Numbered from the stretch's first letter, positions 1 to 10,126 are shown. The stretch is DNA of 64,000 nucleotides from Planctomycetota bacterium (GCA_965223505.1 CBDCWP010000021.1:320001-384000); one strand, 5' to 3'. Made by a program: numbers and translations. Notes: a model not told the origin generated them from the sequence alone.

Positions 1-335
1 ACGCGTCGTGGAGCTCCTGTGTTCTCGGGTGGCTGCTCACAGAACTGCCCGAAGTTCGATCACCGTGTTCCATCCGCTATCGACTCCACGTTCCGCAGCT
101 GGCGGAACGAAGAACGGCGCATCGTCTGTTTGCGAGCTCAGGTGCCACCGGCGTCACCGGTGAGACCTCAGCGCGCATTCCGAGACGAAACGTAGGTCAT
201 GCTCTCCTGCCCCACGACTTTGGACGCCCCCTACCCCAGGTTCGCAAAAGTCGCACTCGCCCGCGCGGTGGAACCGTCTCGTGTCGCGGTGTTCATGACT
301 GCCGTCAATGCACCATTCTCCATCGCGCGTCGGGG

Positions 336-364
336 AAGGTACGGCTAGGAAACCTCGTCGTCAA
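336..364 (-). promoter_or_regulatory. Putative sigma70-type promoter (TTGACG-N17-TACCTT) firing leftwards
   Basis: Minus-strand -35 TTGACG (364-359), 17-nt spacer, -10 TACCTT (341-336), in intergenic DNA downstream of the desulfurase. Confidence 0.4.
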
Positions 365-459
365 CGCCGGTTCTCGTTTGCGCTGTCCATGCAGGCGGAA
401 CAATCCATCTCACTCAGAGGACCATACGACAGCCTGTGCCGGGCAGACTGGGGTGTTCC

Positions 460-1617
460 CTACGAAGGACGCGCGAGCGCGCGCAACCGGTTCACGACAC
501 GCGCCAATGTAGCGGCGGCGTGCTTCACTTCTTCGATCGACGTGCCCTCACCGACACTGATTCGAATCGTCATTGCGGCCCGCCGCTTGCTGAAACCCAT
601 CGCCAGAAGGCTGGGACTCGGGTCGGCGCCGCCCAACGCGCACGTACTGCCCGTAGCGACGGCAATTCCCTCGAGATCGAGGTTGATCATCGCCGCTTCA
701 CCCTCGACACCGCCCAGCTCGAGTGTCATCAAACCCGGCAAACGGTGCTCGCCGTGGCCGACGAGGCTCCAGTCGTCGACGGCGCGCAACGCGTCGAGAA
801 AGGTGTCGCCGAGCGCGTCATACGCCGCCGCCCGCTTCGCCTGTTCGGCGCACGCCTCTTCGAGGGCGACCGAGAACGCCGAGCAGGCCGCAACGTTCTC
901 CGCACCGGGCTTGAGCGTCTCTTCCTGCGCCCCGCCGCCGAGTAGCCGCAGCAACTTGACACGGCGCCGCACGTACAGCGCGCCGCTGCCCGGCGGGCCG
1001 CCGAACTTGTAGCCCGAGAACGCCATCAGATCCGCGCCGAGGTCCGACACGCCGCACGGGATCCGACCCGGCGCGAGCGCGGCGTCGCACAGGAGCGGGA
1101 TCTTGCGTTCCCGTAGTGCCGCCGCCACCTCGGGGACCGGCATCAGCGTGCCCGTTTCGTGGTTCGCCGCCATGAGCGCCGCGACCGCGGCCCCTTCGTC
1201 GGTCGCGCGCACGAACTCGCCGGCATCGACGCGGCCCGTGCCGTCGACCGGCACGTGGACCAGCTCGAACCCGCGCATCGCGAGCAGATCGGCAGCTTCC
1301 AGCACGGCCGGATGCTCGACGGCCGACAAGACGACGCGCGTCGACACGGTGTGCCGCGCGTAGGCGGCGCCCTGGAGGGCGAGGTTGGCCGCCGTCGTGC
1401 CGCCGTCCGTGAAGACGATCTCGCGCGGACGCGCACCCAGTGTCTTGGCGACCCGCGAACGCGCCGCCTCGAGCCAGTCCTTCATCAGGCGGCCTTCGGC
1501 ATGGGCCGAGCCCGCGTTGCCGGCGCCGGCGTCGAACACGCGCTGGAAGGCCTCGCGCGCACTCGGAGACATCGGCGCGCAGGCAGCGTGATCGAGATAC
1601 AACCGCTTCTGAGGCAT
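460..1617 (-). CDS. Cysteine desulfurase (IscS/NifS family, PLP-dependent)
   Basis: YLDHAA start, EHPAV, ANHETG, FSGYKFGGP PLP-lysine motif, ATGSTC catalytic Cys loop. Confidence 0.93.
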   Translation of the reverse strand: MPQKRLYLDHAACAPMSPSAREAFQRVFDAGAGNAGSAHAEGRLMKDWLEAARSRVAKTLGARPREIVFTDGGTTAANLALQGAAYARHTVSTRVVLSAVEHPAVLEAADLLAMRGFELVHVPVDGTGRVDAGEFVRATDEGAAVAALMAANHETGTLMPVPEVAAALRERKIPLLCDAALAPGRIPCGVSDLGADLMAFSGYKFGGPPGSGALYVRRRVKLLRLLGGGAQEETLKPGAENVAACSAFSVALEEACAEQAKRAAAYDALGDTFLDALRAVDDWSLVGHGEHRLPGLMTLELGGVEGEAAMINLDLEGIAVATGSTCALGGADPSPSLLAMGFSKRRAAMTIRISVGEGTSIEEVKHAAATLARVVNRLRALARPS

Positions 1618-1743
1618 GTGGATACTCTAGCCGTACGGGTTTTCCACGAACGCACAATGAACGGCGCGGCCGCTGAAATCAGCCGTTGTCGAACCGTCGT
1701 CCGCGTGGTTTCCACCGGATGTTCAACGCGGGAGGGACATCGC

Positions 1744-2391
1744 TTGTCGAACGGCGAGTCACGACGGGGCCGCAAGAGGGCGCCCAACGAGGTGCTCGTG
1801 GTCGACAATTACGATTCCTTCGCCCACAACGCGGTCGACTTGCTCATGCAGCTGGGCGCGCGCGTGTGCGTGCGGCGCAATGACGACATGACGATCGACG
1901 AGGTCGCGGCCGGGTCGTTCGCCGGGATCGTGCTGTCTCCAGGACCGGGGCGTCCGCGCGACGCGGGCATCTGTGTCGACGTCGTGCGGCGGCTCGGCGC
2001 GTTCACCCCGATTCTCGGCATCTGCCTCGGCCACCAGGCCATCGCGCGCGCGTTCGGCGGCCGCGTCGTACGCGCGCGGCAGCCGCTGCACGGAACGGCG
2101 ACGGACGTGGCCCACCGCGGCGCCGGGCTCTTGCGCGGGCTACCCCGACCGTTTCGAGCCGCGCGCTATCACTCGCTCGTCGTCGACCCCGAGCGCCTCG
2201 GGAAGGGCCTGGCGGTCACCTGCCGGTCGCCGGAGGGCGAAATCATGGGACTGCGGCACCGCCGGCATCCCGTCGAGGGTGTCCAGTTCCACCCCGAGAG
2301 CTATATGACTCCGGAAGGGCCCCGCATCCTGGCAGCGTTCCTGCGCAGAGCGGGTCTGCGTCCAAAGAGCGTTCAACAGGTGCTGAGGTAG
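1744..2391 (+). CDS. Anthranilate/aminodeoxychorismate synthase component II (class I glutamine amidotransferase, TrpG/PabA)
   Basis: VDNYDSF, SPGPG, GICLGHQ, RYHSL, GVQFHPES; TTG start at 1744 with GGAGG upstream (ORF track over-extends to 1159). Confidence 0.93.
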   Translation: MSNGESRRGRKRAPNEVLVVDNYDSFAHNAVDLLMQLGARVCVRRNDDMTIDEVAAGSFAGIVLSPGPGRPRDAGICVDVVRRLGAFTPILGICLGHQAIARAFGGRVVRARQPLHGTATDVAHRGAGLLRGLPRPFRAARYHSLVVDPERLGKGLAVTCRSPEGEIMGLRHRRHPVEGVQFHPESYMTPEGPRILAAFLRRAGLRPKSVQQVLR

Positions 2392-2402
2392 GATCCGAGC
2401 TC

Positions 2403-3281
2403 ATGACCACCACCCCCTTCTTCGACCGGCTCGAAGCCGTTCGCGCCGAGCGCAACACCACCCTCTGCGTCGGGATCGACCCGCGCCTCGAACGCATCCC
2501 CGACGAACTTCGCTCCGACGACGTCGAGGCGACACTGACCCGGTTCGGAATCGAGATCTTGGAGCTCACGGCGCCTCACGCCGCCTGCTGGAAGGCCAAC
2601 ATCGGCTTCTTCGAGGCGCACGGGCTGGCAGGCCTGCGCGCCTACGCGGCGCTCACCGCCGAAGCGCGCTCGAAGGGGCTGTTGCTGATCGGCGACGTCA
2701 AGCGCGGAGACATCGGGTCGACCGCTCAGGCCTACGCCAAAGCCCACCTGGCGCCCGGCTCGGACTTGGAGGTGGATGCGATCACCGTCAGCCCCTACCT
2801 GGGCGCCGACGCCCTCGCGCCGTTCATCGACGCGAGCGCCGCGAACGGCAAGGGCATCTACGTGCTCGTACGGACGAGCAACCCCGGCGCGAAGGACTTG
2901 CAGGATCGAGCGCTCGCCGCGACGGGCGCCCTGCTCCACGAGCAGACCGCGGCGCTGGTCGCCGAGCTGGGCGAAGCGACGGTGAGCGTGACGACCGGCC
3001 TCTCCTCGGTCGGCGCGGTGGTCGGCGCGACCGGACCCGACGCCGCGGCGGCCCTGCGCAAGAAGATGCCGCACACGCCCTTCCTGGTGCCCGGGTACGG
3101 GGCGCAGGGCGGCACGGCCGCGGACGTCGCGGTCTGCTACCGCGAGAACGGAAGCGGCGCGGTCATCAACGCATCCCGCTCGGTCACGCACCCGCCGGCG
3201 CCCGACGGCGACTGGCGCGCAGCGGTCGCGGCCGCCGCGCAAGCGGCCCAGGAGGACCTCTATGGCGCCTGCCTTGCTTGA
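2403..3281 (+). CDS. pyrF: Orotidine-5'-phosphate decarboxylase
   Basis: LCVGIDP, DVKRGDIGST, TVSPYLG, RTSNPG, LVPGYGAQGG motifs. Confidence 0.95.
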   Translation: MTTTPFFDRLEAVRAERNTTLCVGIDPRLERIPDELRSDDVEATLTRFGIEILELTAPHAACWKANIGFFEAHGLAGLRAYAALTAEARSKGLLLIGDVKRGDIGSTAQAYAKAHLAPGSDLEVDAITVSPYLGADALAPFIDASAANGKGIYVLVRTSNPGAKDLQDRALAATGALLHEQTAALVAELGEATVSVTTGLSSVGAVVGATGPDAAAALRKKMPHTPFLVPGYGAQGGTAADVAVCYRENGSGAVINASRSVTHPPAPDGDWRAAVAAAAQAAQEDLYGACLA

Positions 3282-4059
3282 ACCGGATCACAAGAGCGAG
3301 CCTTGGTACGTCCGGGCGTTTCGTTCGACCTATCTGCGCGTCTACGCGCACCGGGACGAGGACGAGGCCGAGCGCAACGCGCCGGCCATCGTGAAGCTAC
3401 TCGGTGTGGGCGTCGACGCGCGCGTGCTCGACGTCGCGTGCGGCGAGGGTCGCTACGCACGCGCGCTCCAACGCCGCGGCATGCGCGTCACCGGGGTCGA
3501 CCTGTCTCCCGAGCTGCTGCAAGAAGCGCGCGAGAAGGCGCGCGCGTTGCCCGGCGCGCCGCAGTACGTGCGCTGCGACATTCGGCGCCTGCCGTTCTCG
3601 CGCCAGTTCGATGCCGCGGTGTGCATGTTCACCTCGTTCGGATACTTCGGTGGACAGGCCGACGACGAGGCGATCTTCACCGGCGTCGCGCGCGCGCTCG
3701 TTCGCGGCGGGCGCTTCCTCCTGGACTTCCTGAACGCGCCGCAGGTGCGCGCGAACTTCGTCCCGTACGAGGAGCGTCGCGACGGTGCGTACTTGTTGAA
3801 GTTCGCCCGCCGCATCGAGGAGGACGCGCCCGGCGGCCCGTCGATCTTCAAGCGCGTCGAGGCGATCGACACCGTCGCGGGCGCTCTCGAAGCCGACTAC
3901 GAGGAGCGCGTACGGCTCTACACGTGCGACGAGATCGACACGATGTTGGCGGGCGCGGGTTTGCGGCCCGTCGGCGACCCGCTGGGCGACGTTCAGGGCC
4001 GGCCGTTCGACGAGAACGCGCCGCGCCTGGTGCGCGTGGCGGAACGCGTCGGGGTGTGA
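3262..4059 (+). CDS. Class I SAM-dependent methyltransferase (candidate bacillithiol N-methyltransferase)
   Basis: VLDVACGEGR motif I, GVDLS, FTSFGYF; directly upstream of bshC. Confidence 0.88.
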   Translation: MAPALLEPDHKSEPWYVRAFRSTYLRVYAHRDEDEAERNAPAIVKLLGVGVDARVLDVACGEGRYARALQRRGMRVTGVDLSPELLQEAREKARALPGAPQYVRCDIRRLPFSRQFDAAVCMFTSFGYFGGQADDEAIFTGVARALVRGGRFLLDFLNAPQVRANFVPYEERRDGAYLLKFARRIEEDAPGGPSIFKRVEAIDTVAGALEADYEERVRLYTCDEIDTMLAGAGLRPVGDPLGDVQGRPFDENAPRLVRVAERVGV

Positions 4060-4068
4060 CGCGACGGC

Positions 4069-5688
4069 GTGCGCGTCGAACACCTCGCTCCGGACGACGG
4101 CCCCGCCATGGGGGCTTTCGCGCTCGCGCTGCGTAGCGGCGAAGGAGCGGCGCTGCGATTCCTCGACGCGCCCCCGCGCGACGACGCGACGTGGCGGGCG
4201 GCGCTCGACGAGGCGGCCGCGTGCGTGCGTCCGCTTCCACCGTCCTTGCTCGAGGCCGTCCTCGCCCGTCAAACGACGCTCGGCGCGGGGGCGCTTGCCG
4301 AGGCCAACGCGCGCCGGTTGACCGAGCCCGGCGTCCTGGCGGTTGTCACCGGCCAGCAGCCGGGGTTGTTCGGCGGGCCGCTGCTCACGTTCCACAAGGT
4401 GGCCGGCGCGATCCACCTTGCGCGCCGTCTTCACGCCCTCGGCGGCCCCGCGGTCATTCCCGTGTTCTGGTGCGCATCGGAAGACCATGACTTCGAAGAG
4501 GCCAACCGCGCCGCGGTTCTGGACCGCAAGGGCGAAGCGCGGTCGATGCGCGTCGACATCGAGGGCGACGGTCGGAGCATCTCGGACATCGACGCGCCGA
4601 AGGCAGCCGTCGACGCGGCGCTCGCAGAGCTCGAGGCATCGTTGCCCGACACCGAGCGCGGACGCGCCGCACTCGCGTTGGCGCGCTACGACGAGGGCGA
4701 CGACTTCGCGACCTGGACGGCGAAGACCCTGCTGCGCGTCTTCGGCGACAGTGGGCTCGTCGTCATCGAGCCGCGTGACCTCACCGCCGAGGTGGGTCCC
4801 TCGTGGGGTTGGCTGCTCGACCACGCCGAGACGATCTGCCAAGCCGTCGCGGTTCGCGGGGCCGAGCTGCGGGCGCACGACCTACCCGCGCCGCTGTTGC
4901 CGGGTGACGCTGACACCCCCTTGTTCTTCCGCGAGCGCGCAGGCTCGCGGCGCTTGCGCGTCGGCGTGGCAAGCGAGGCCGTGACCCTGAGGGACCAGCC
5001 GTCCTCGCTCTCCCGCGCGCAACTGCGCGACGTGCTTCTGAGCGAGCCCGAGCGAGGGAGCGGCAACGTCATCGGCCGGGTCTTCGTGCAGAACCGGCTG
5101 CTACCGGTCCTCGCCTACATCGCGGGTCCCACCGAGATCGCGTATCACGCGCAGCTTCGAGCGGCGCACGAGGCCGTGGGCATGCGGGCGCCATTGGCGC
5201 TTCCCCGTCCGGAAGGCACGTGGGTGGATGGAAAGAGCGCCGCGGCGGCGGACGCATTCGATCTCTCGATCGCGCAGGTGCTGCGCGGCGTGACGCCGGC
5301 CGTGCCCGACGACGACGTCGACGCGGCGCTCGCCGAGGCGCGCGAGACATGGCTCTCTCGGTGGCCGGCGCCGGTCGAGGGTCTCGCCGCGTCCGGTGGT
5401 CAGGGGGCCGAGGCGCTCGAGCGGATGCGGACGCGCCTGCTCGCGGCCTGGGACAAGAACGCGCCCCGTGTGCGTGACGCCTTCCATCGGGATCGCGGTG
5501 TGGGCCGCGATCGCTGGCACCGGCTCTCCACCGCGCTCTTCCCGCTCGGCGCGCGCCAGGAGCGGGTGCTGTCGCCGCTCTCGTTCATCGCCCGGTACGG
5601 CGTCGAGCCGATCCGGGAAGGGCTTCTGTCCCTCGACCCGCTCGCACCTGTTCACACCGTCGTTCGGCTGGAGAATGCTGCGTCATGA
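4069..5688 (+). CDS. bshC: Bacillithiol biosynthesis cysteine-adding enzyme BshC
   Basis: VVTGQQPGLFGGPL, PVFWCASEDHDFEE, YIAGPTEIAY, QERVLS motifs. Confidence 0.93.
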   Translation: MRVEHLAPDDGPAMGAFALALRSGEGAALRFLDAPPRDDATWRAALDEAAACVRPLPPSLLEAVLARQTTLGAGALAEANARRLTEPGVLAVVTGQQPGLFGGPLLTFHKVAGAIHLARRLHALGGPAVIPVFWCASEDHDFEEANRAAVLDRKGEARSMRVDIEGDGRSISDIDAPKAAVDAALAELEASLPDTERGRAALALARYDEGDDFATWTAKTLLRVFGDSGLVVIEPRDLTAEVGPSWGWLLDHAETICQAVAVRGAELRAHDLPAPLLPGDADTPLFFRERAGSRRLRVGVASEAVTLRDQPSSLSRAQLRDVLLSEPERGSGNVIGRVFVQNRLLPVLAYIAGPTEIAYHAQLRAAHEAVGMRAPLALPRPEGTWVDGKSAAAADAFDLSIAQVLRGVTPAVPDDDVDAALAEARETWLSRWPAPVEGLAASGGQGAEALERMRTRLLAAWDKNAPRVRDAFHRDRGVGRDRWHRLSTALFPLGARQERVLSPLSFIARYGVEPIREGLLSLDPLAPVHTVVRLENAAS

Positions 5689-6425
5689 GCGATGCCCATC
5701 CGTCCATCGACATCCTGGCGTTCGGTCCGCACCCGGACGACGTCGAGCTGTGCGCGGGCGGGCTCGTGCTCAAGGCGCGGGCGCAGGGCCGAAGCGTCGT
5801 CGTCGTCGACATGACGCGCGGCGAGGCCGGCACGCGCGGCACGCCCGAGACCCGCGAGCAGGAATCGGCGGCGGCATCGAAGCTCATGGAGCTGCACGCG
5901 CGCGAGAACCTGGGCCTTCCGGATGCGCGCGTCCAGGTCGACCTGCCGTCGCTCGAGAAGGTGACGACCGCGATCCGGCGCTGGCGGCCCAAGGTCGTCC
6001 TGTCGCCGTGCCTGCAGGACCGCCATCCCGATCACATCGCCTGTGCCGAGCTCGTGCGGCGTGCGTACTACGGGGCGACGATCGCAAAGGGACTCGGGAG
6101 CGAGCACGCCCCCCACCGGCCCGACGCGCTCATCCAGTACTTCGGACACCTCGAGCCGACACCTTCATTCGTCGTCGACATCTCCGACGTCTGGGAACAG
6201 CGGCTGGAGCTCGCGAAGTGCTACGCGTCCCAGCTGGACGTGAACGAGACGCTCCCGCGAACCAACATCGCGTCGCCTGACTTCATGCAACGCGTCGAAG
6301 CCCGTTACGCGTACTGGGGCGCCAAGATCGGCGCCAGGTACGGCGAGCCGTTCCTCGTCGACCGTCTCATCGCGCTCGACGATCCGGTCGAGACGTTTCG
6401 CAAGCGTGGTTGGCAGGTGCTGTGA
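5685..6425 (+). CDS. bshB1: Bacillithiol biosynthesis deacetylase BshB1 (PIG-L family)
   Basis: AFGPHPDDVEL, TRGEAGTRGTPETR, DRHPDH; lies between bshC and bshA. Confidence 0.92.
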   Translation: MSDAHPSIDILAFGPHPDDVELCAGGLVLKARAQGRSVVVVDMTRGEAGTRGTPETREQESAAASKLMELHARENLGLPDARVQVDLPSLEKVTTAIRRWRPKVVLSPCLQDRHPDHIACAELVRRAYYGATIAKGLGSEHAPHRPDALIQYFGHLEPTPSFVVDISDVWEQRLELAKCYASQLDVNETLPRTNIASPDFMQRVEARYAYWGAKIGARYGEPFLVDRLIALDDPVETFRKRGWQVL

Positions 6426-7543
6426 AGCTCGGCGTCGTCTGCTATCCGACCTTCGGCGGGTCCGGTGTCGTCGCGACGGAGCTGGGTCTCGGACTGGCGC
6501 AGCGCGGCCACGAGGTGCATTTGTTCTCGTACGCGCCCCCCGCCCGGCTCGACTCGTTCGACGAGCACATTCACATGCACGAGGTCGAGGTCTCGTCGTA
6601 TCCGCTCTTCAAGTACCCGCCGTACGACATCGCCTTGGCGTCGCGTCTCGCCGAGGTCGTCGAGGAGGCCGATCTCGACTTCGTGCACGTTCACTACGCG
6701 ATCCCGCACACGCTCGCGGCGCTGCTTGTGAAGGACATCCTCCGTCCGCGGCCCGTACCCGTCGTTACGACGTTGCACGGAACCGACATCACCGTGGTCG
6801 GGCAGGAGCGCTCGTACGAGCGCGTCACACGCTACGCGATCATGAACTCCGACATCGTCACGTCGGTGTCCGAGTACCTGCGCGCCGAGACCGAGCGCAT
6901 GTTCGACATCGACCGCGAGATCGCCGTCATCCCGAACTTCATCGACACCGAGCGGTTCCAGCCCGGCGGCGAACGTGTTCGCGGGTGTTTCTCCAAGGGC
7001 GCCGAGCGTGTACTCATGCACGTGAGCAACTTCCGGCCGGTCAAGCGAGCGGTGCGCGTCGTTGACGCGTTCGCCGAGCTCGCCGCCGACGTGCCGTCGA
7101 CGCTGGTGATGGTCGGCGACGGTCCCGAGCGCGCGCGTTGCGAGGCGCGGGTTCGCAAGCACGGGCTGCGTGATCGCGTGCGGTTCCTCGGCGCCCAGTC
7201 CGGTGTCGAACAGCTGCTGCCGGCCGCCGACGTCTTCCTGCTGCCGTCCGAATACGAGTCCTTCGGTCTCGCGGCGCTGGAGGCGATGGCGTGCGGCGTC
7301 GTGCCGATCGTGACGAACGCCGGCGGGCTTCCGGAGGTGATCCGGCACGATGTGGACGGTCTGCTCGTCCCCGACCCGCAGGTGGGCCAGCTCGGGTCGA
7401 TGACCCGCGATCTGTTGCTCGACGAAGAACGCCTGGCGCGAATGAAGGCGGCGGCGCGCGCGGCGGCGGTCGAGCGCTTCGATCGCCCCCGAATCGTCTC
7501 GCAGTACGAGTCCCTCTACGAGACGCTGTTGGCGGCACGCTGA
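6422..7543 (+). CDS. bshA: N-acetyl-alpha-D-glucosaminyl L-malate synthase BshA (GT4)
   Basis: CYPTFGGSGVVATELG, HVHYAIPH, TTLHGTDIT, HVSNFRPVKR, ESFGLAALEAM; GTG start overlaps the bshB1 stop. Confidence 0.95.
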   Translation: MKLGVVCYPTFGGSGVVATELGLGLAQRGHEVHLFSYAPPARLDSFDEHIHMHEVEVSSYPLFKYPPYDIALASRLAEVVEEADLDFVHVHYAIPHTLAALLVKDILRPRPVPVVTTLHGTDITVVGQERSYERVTRYAIMNSDIVTSVSEYLRAETERMFDIDREIAVIPNFIDTERFQPGGERVRGCFSKGAERVLMHVSNFRPVKRAVRVVDAFAELAADVPSTLVMVGDGPERARCEARVRKHGLRDRVRFLGAQSGVEQLLPAADVFLLPSEYESFGLAALEAMACGVVPIVTNAGGLPEVIRHDVDGLLVPDPQVGQLGSMTRDLLLDEERLARMKAAARAAAVERFDRPRIVSQYESLYETLLAAR

Positions 7544-7603
7544 GTAGGACGATCGGCGAACCCGGAATACCATCGCGCCACGAACCCGGAGATTCCCGTT
7601 CGC

Positions 7604-8449
7604 ATGGCCAAGAGCGATACCGCTTTCGACACCTACCTCAAGGAGATCCAGCAATACGACTTGCTGTCCGCCGACGAGGAAAAGGCGCTGGCGCGACGCA
7701 TCCAGAACCAGGACGTCGACCACGTAGACGCCATGATCGCGCGCAACGAGATGATTCGCGCCAATCTGCGGCTCGTCGTCTCGGTCGCGAAGCGCTACGG
7801 CGGCCGCGGTCTGACGCTCCCCGATCTCGTCGAGGAAGGCAACCTCGGGCTGGTGCACGCGGTGGAGAAGTTCGATCCGACCGTGGGCACGCGGTTCTCG
7901 ACGTACGGCACCTGGTGGATCAAGCAGGCGATTCGGCGCTCGTTGATGAACTCCGTGAAGACCGTTCGCATTCCGTCGTACCTGGTCGAGGAGCTGAACC
8001 GGTGGCGTTCGTTTGCGCGCAAGTTCCAACAGACGCACGGCCGCGAACCCGAAGAGGACGAGCTCGTCAAGGGCATGAACCCCCCGCCGGGCCGCCGCAA
8101 GCTGCTCCTGCGCCTCTTTCGTACGTCCGCGCCCGGCAACGCCTCCGTCTCCCTCGATCTCCTGTTCGAGACGGTCGACGCCGTCGTCGATCCGCGCGCC
8201 GAGCGTCCGGATCTCATCGACTTCGCCGCCTGGGAGCAGGACGGGCTCATGAAGCGCATCGACGACCTGCCTGAGCGCGAAGGCAAGATCCTGCGCCTGC
8301 GCTACGGGCTCGGCGACGTTGAGAGCCCGATGACGCTGCGCGAGATCGCAGCCGAGCTGGGCCTGTCGCGCGAACGCGTGCGACAGCTCGAACATGCCGC
8401 CGTGAAGCGACTGCGGCGTGAGATGGAAGGTCGCCCGAACGAGCGGTGA
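7604..8449 (+). CDS. Sigma-70 family RNA polymerase sigma factor (RpoD/RpoS-like, no region 1.1)
   Basis: YLKEI, ANLRLVVSVAKRY, DLVEEGNLGL, RFSTYGTWWIKQAI, TLREIA..LGLSRERVRQLE. Confidence 0.93.
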   Translation: MAKSDTAFDTYLKEIQQYDLLSADEEKALARRIQNQDVDHVDAMIARNEMIRANLRLVVSVAKRYGGRGLTLPDLVEEGNLGLVHAVEKFDPTVGTRFSTYGTWWIKQAIRRSLMNSVKTVRIPSYLVEELNRWRSFARKFQQTHGREPEEDELVKGMNPPPGRRKLLLRLFRTSAPGNASVSLDLLFETVDAVVDPRAERPDLIDFAAWEQDGLMKRIDDLPEREGKILRLRYGLGDVESPMTLREIAAELGLSRERVRQLEHAAVKRLRREMEGRPNER

Positions 8450-9663
8450 TGAACGCCGCGCTCGATCCGTTTCGACCGCTGGACGTCGTCGAGGCGAGCG
8501 ACATCGCGCACGTCTACGTGCACTACCCGTTCTGCGAGCGCAAGTGTCCCTATTGCGACTTCAATTCGCACGCGGGGCGCGACGCGGAGATCGACCGCTA
8601 CATCGACGCGCTGACGACCGAGGCGCGCGGGTGGCGCGCCCGAACGTCGGTGCAAACGCTGTTCGTCGGTGGCGGCACGCCGACGCATGCAAGCGCGGCC
8701 GCCCTGGATCGGTACCTGTCCGGCGTGATCGAAGCGCTGGGCGCGTCCGCGATCGAGGAGCTGACGATCGAGGCCAACCCGGGCTCGCTCGACCGCGAGA
8801 AGATCCGCGTGCTGAAGCGTGCCGGTGTGAATCGTGTCAGCGTGGGCGTGCAAAGCTTCGACGACCGCCATCTGCGGACGTTGGGGCGCATCCACGACGG
8901 CGCGGAGGCCGTGCGCGCCATACGCATGCTTCGCGAAGAAGGCATGCCGCGCGTTTCGCTCGACCTGATCCTGGCGACGCCGGGGCAGTCGTTACGCGAT
9001 CAGTCCGCCGATCTCGCGCAGGCCGTTGCGCTCGAGCCGGATCACATCAGCGCGTATGTCCTCACCTACGAAGAGGGCACCGCCTTTACACGCATGATGC
9101 GCGAAGGGCGCCTGCCCGCGCCCGAGGAGGAGCGCGAGCTCGATCACCTCGGGCTCGCGGTCGAGCGGCTCGAGGACGCGGGGTACCGGCGGTACGAGAT
9201 CAGCAACTTCGCGCGCCCCGGCGAAGAGAGCCGCCACAATCTCGCGTATTGGACCTATGCGGACTGGATCGGTCTCGGCGCCGGCGCGCACAGTCACGTC
9301 GGCGCGTGGCGATGGAAGAACGTCGACGATCCGGCTCGCTACACGGACGCAATCGAACGGGGCGGCGCGGCCGTCGTCGAGCACCAGCACATCGCTGCGG
9401 AGGATCGCCTCTTCGAGGCGTTGATGATGGGCCTGCGGCTGATCGACGGCGTTTGCATCGACGACGTGGTGGCGCGCACGGGTCTCGATCCCCGGTCTCG
9501 CTACCCGTCGCAGCTCGCGCAGTTCGCGTCGATGGGACTCTTGCGGACGTTCGAGGGGCGGGTCGCGCTCACGACGTCGGGCCTCGACGTCGCCAACGCC
9601 GTCATTCGTTCGTTCCTGCCACAAGTCGTGCCGTCGCCGACCTCGACACCGTCGGCTAGGTAG
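8446..9663 (+). CDS. hemW: Radical SAM heme chaperone HemW (HemN-like)
   Basis: YVHYPFCERKCPYCDFNS CxxxCxxC, GGGTPT, YEISNFA, HNLAYW motif typical of HemW. Confidence 0.88.
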   Translation: MMNAALDPFRPLDVVEASDIAHVYVHYPFCERKCPYCDFNSHAGRDAEIDRYIDALTTEARGWRARTSVQTLFVGGGTPTHASAAALDRYLSGVIEALGASAIEELTIEANPGSLDREKIRVLKRAGVNRVSVGVQSFDDRHLRTLGRIHDGAEAVRAIRMLREEGMPRVSLDLILATPGQSLRDQSADLAQAVALEPDHISAYVLTYEEGTAFTRMMREGRLPAPEEERELDHLGLAVERLEDAGYRRYEISNFARPGEESRHNLAYWTYADWIGLGAGAHSHVGAWRWKNVDDPARYTDAIERGGAAVVEHQHIAAEDRLFEALMMGLRLIDGVCIDDVVARTGLDPRSRYPSQLAQFASMGLLRTFEGRVALTTSGLDVANAVIRSFLPQVVPSPTSTPSAR

Positions 9664-10126
9664 GCTGAAAGCGCCCCTCGACGTACGACGTACCCTTCGG
9701 CGAGAGCTGATAGAGACCGCGCCGGCTGCCCTCCTGGAGATGCCCCAGCTTGCGCTTGAGAATGCCCAACGCGTTGTGGAGGTTCTTCGGGCGATCCAGA
9801 GAGAGCTTTTGGAAGCACCAAACGATGTCCTCCCCGGACACCTCCCGCCGGCCTTGCACGCTTTGGAGGTAATAGATGAAGAGCAAGATGCGATCTTGAA
9901 TGGCGCCGCGGCCCTCGCGCACCGGCCGGGCCGCGTAGAACGACTCGAGCGACTCGGGCGAGCTCACCTCGTCCTCTTCGCTGTCGACCGTCTCGCTGCC
10001 GACCGCGCTCTCCAGGAACTTCCGGAAGCGCTTGACCTGCTTCTCGACGAAGTCCTCGGTCCCGGCGAATTCGAGGTCGACCCCCTCCGCCGTGAATCGG
10101 AAGACCGTCTGCGGATCTTCGACCAT
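9656..10126 (-). CDS. Hypothetical protein, possible C-terminal winged helix
   Basis: Clean ORF with GGAGG RBS; C-terminal 'NLHNALGILKRK..GLYQLSPKG' resembles a wHTH wing. Confidence 0.65.
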   Translation of the reverse strand: MVEDPQTVFRFTAEGVDLEFAGTEDFVEKQVKRFRKFLESAVGSETVDSEEDEVSSPESLESFYAARPVREGRGAIQDRILLFIYYLQSVQGRREVSGEDIVWCFQKLSLDRPKNLHNALGILKRKLGHLQEGSRRGLYQLSPKGTSYVEGRFQPT

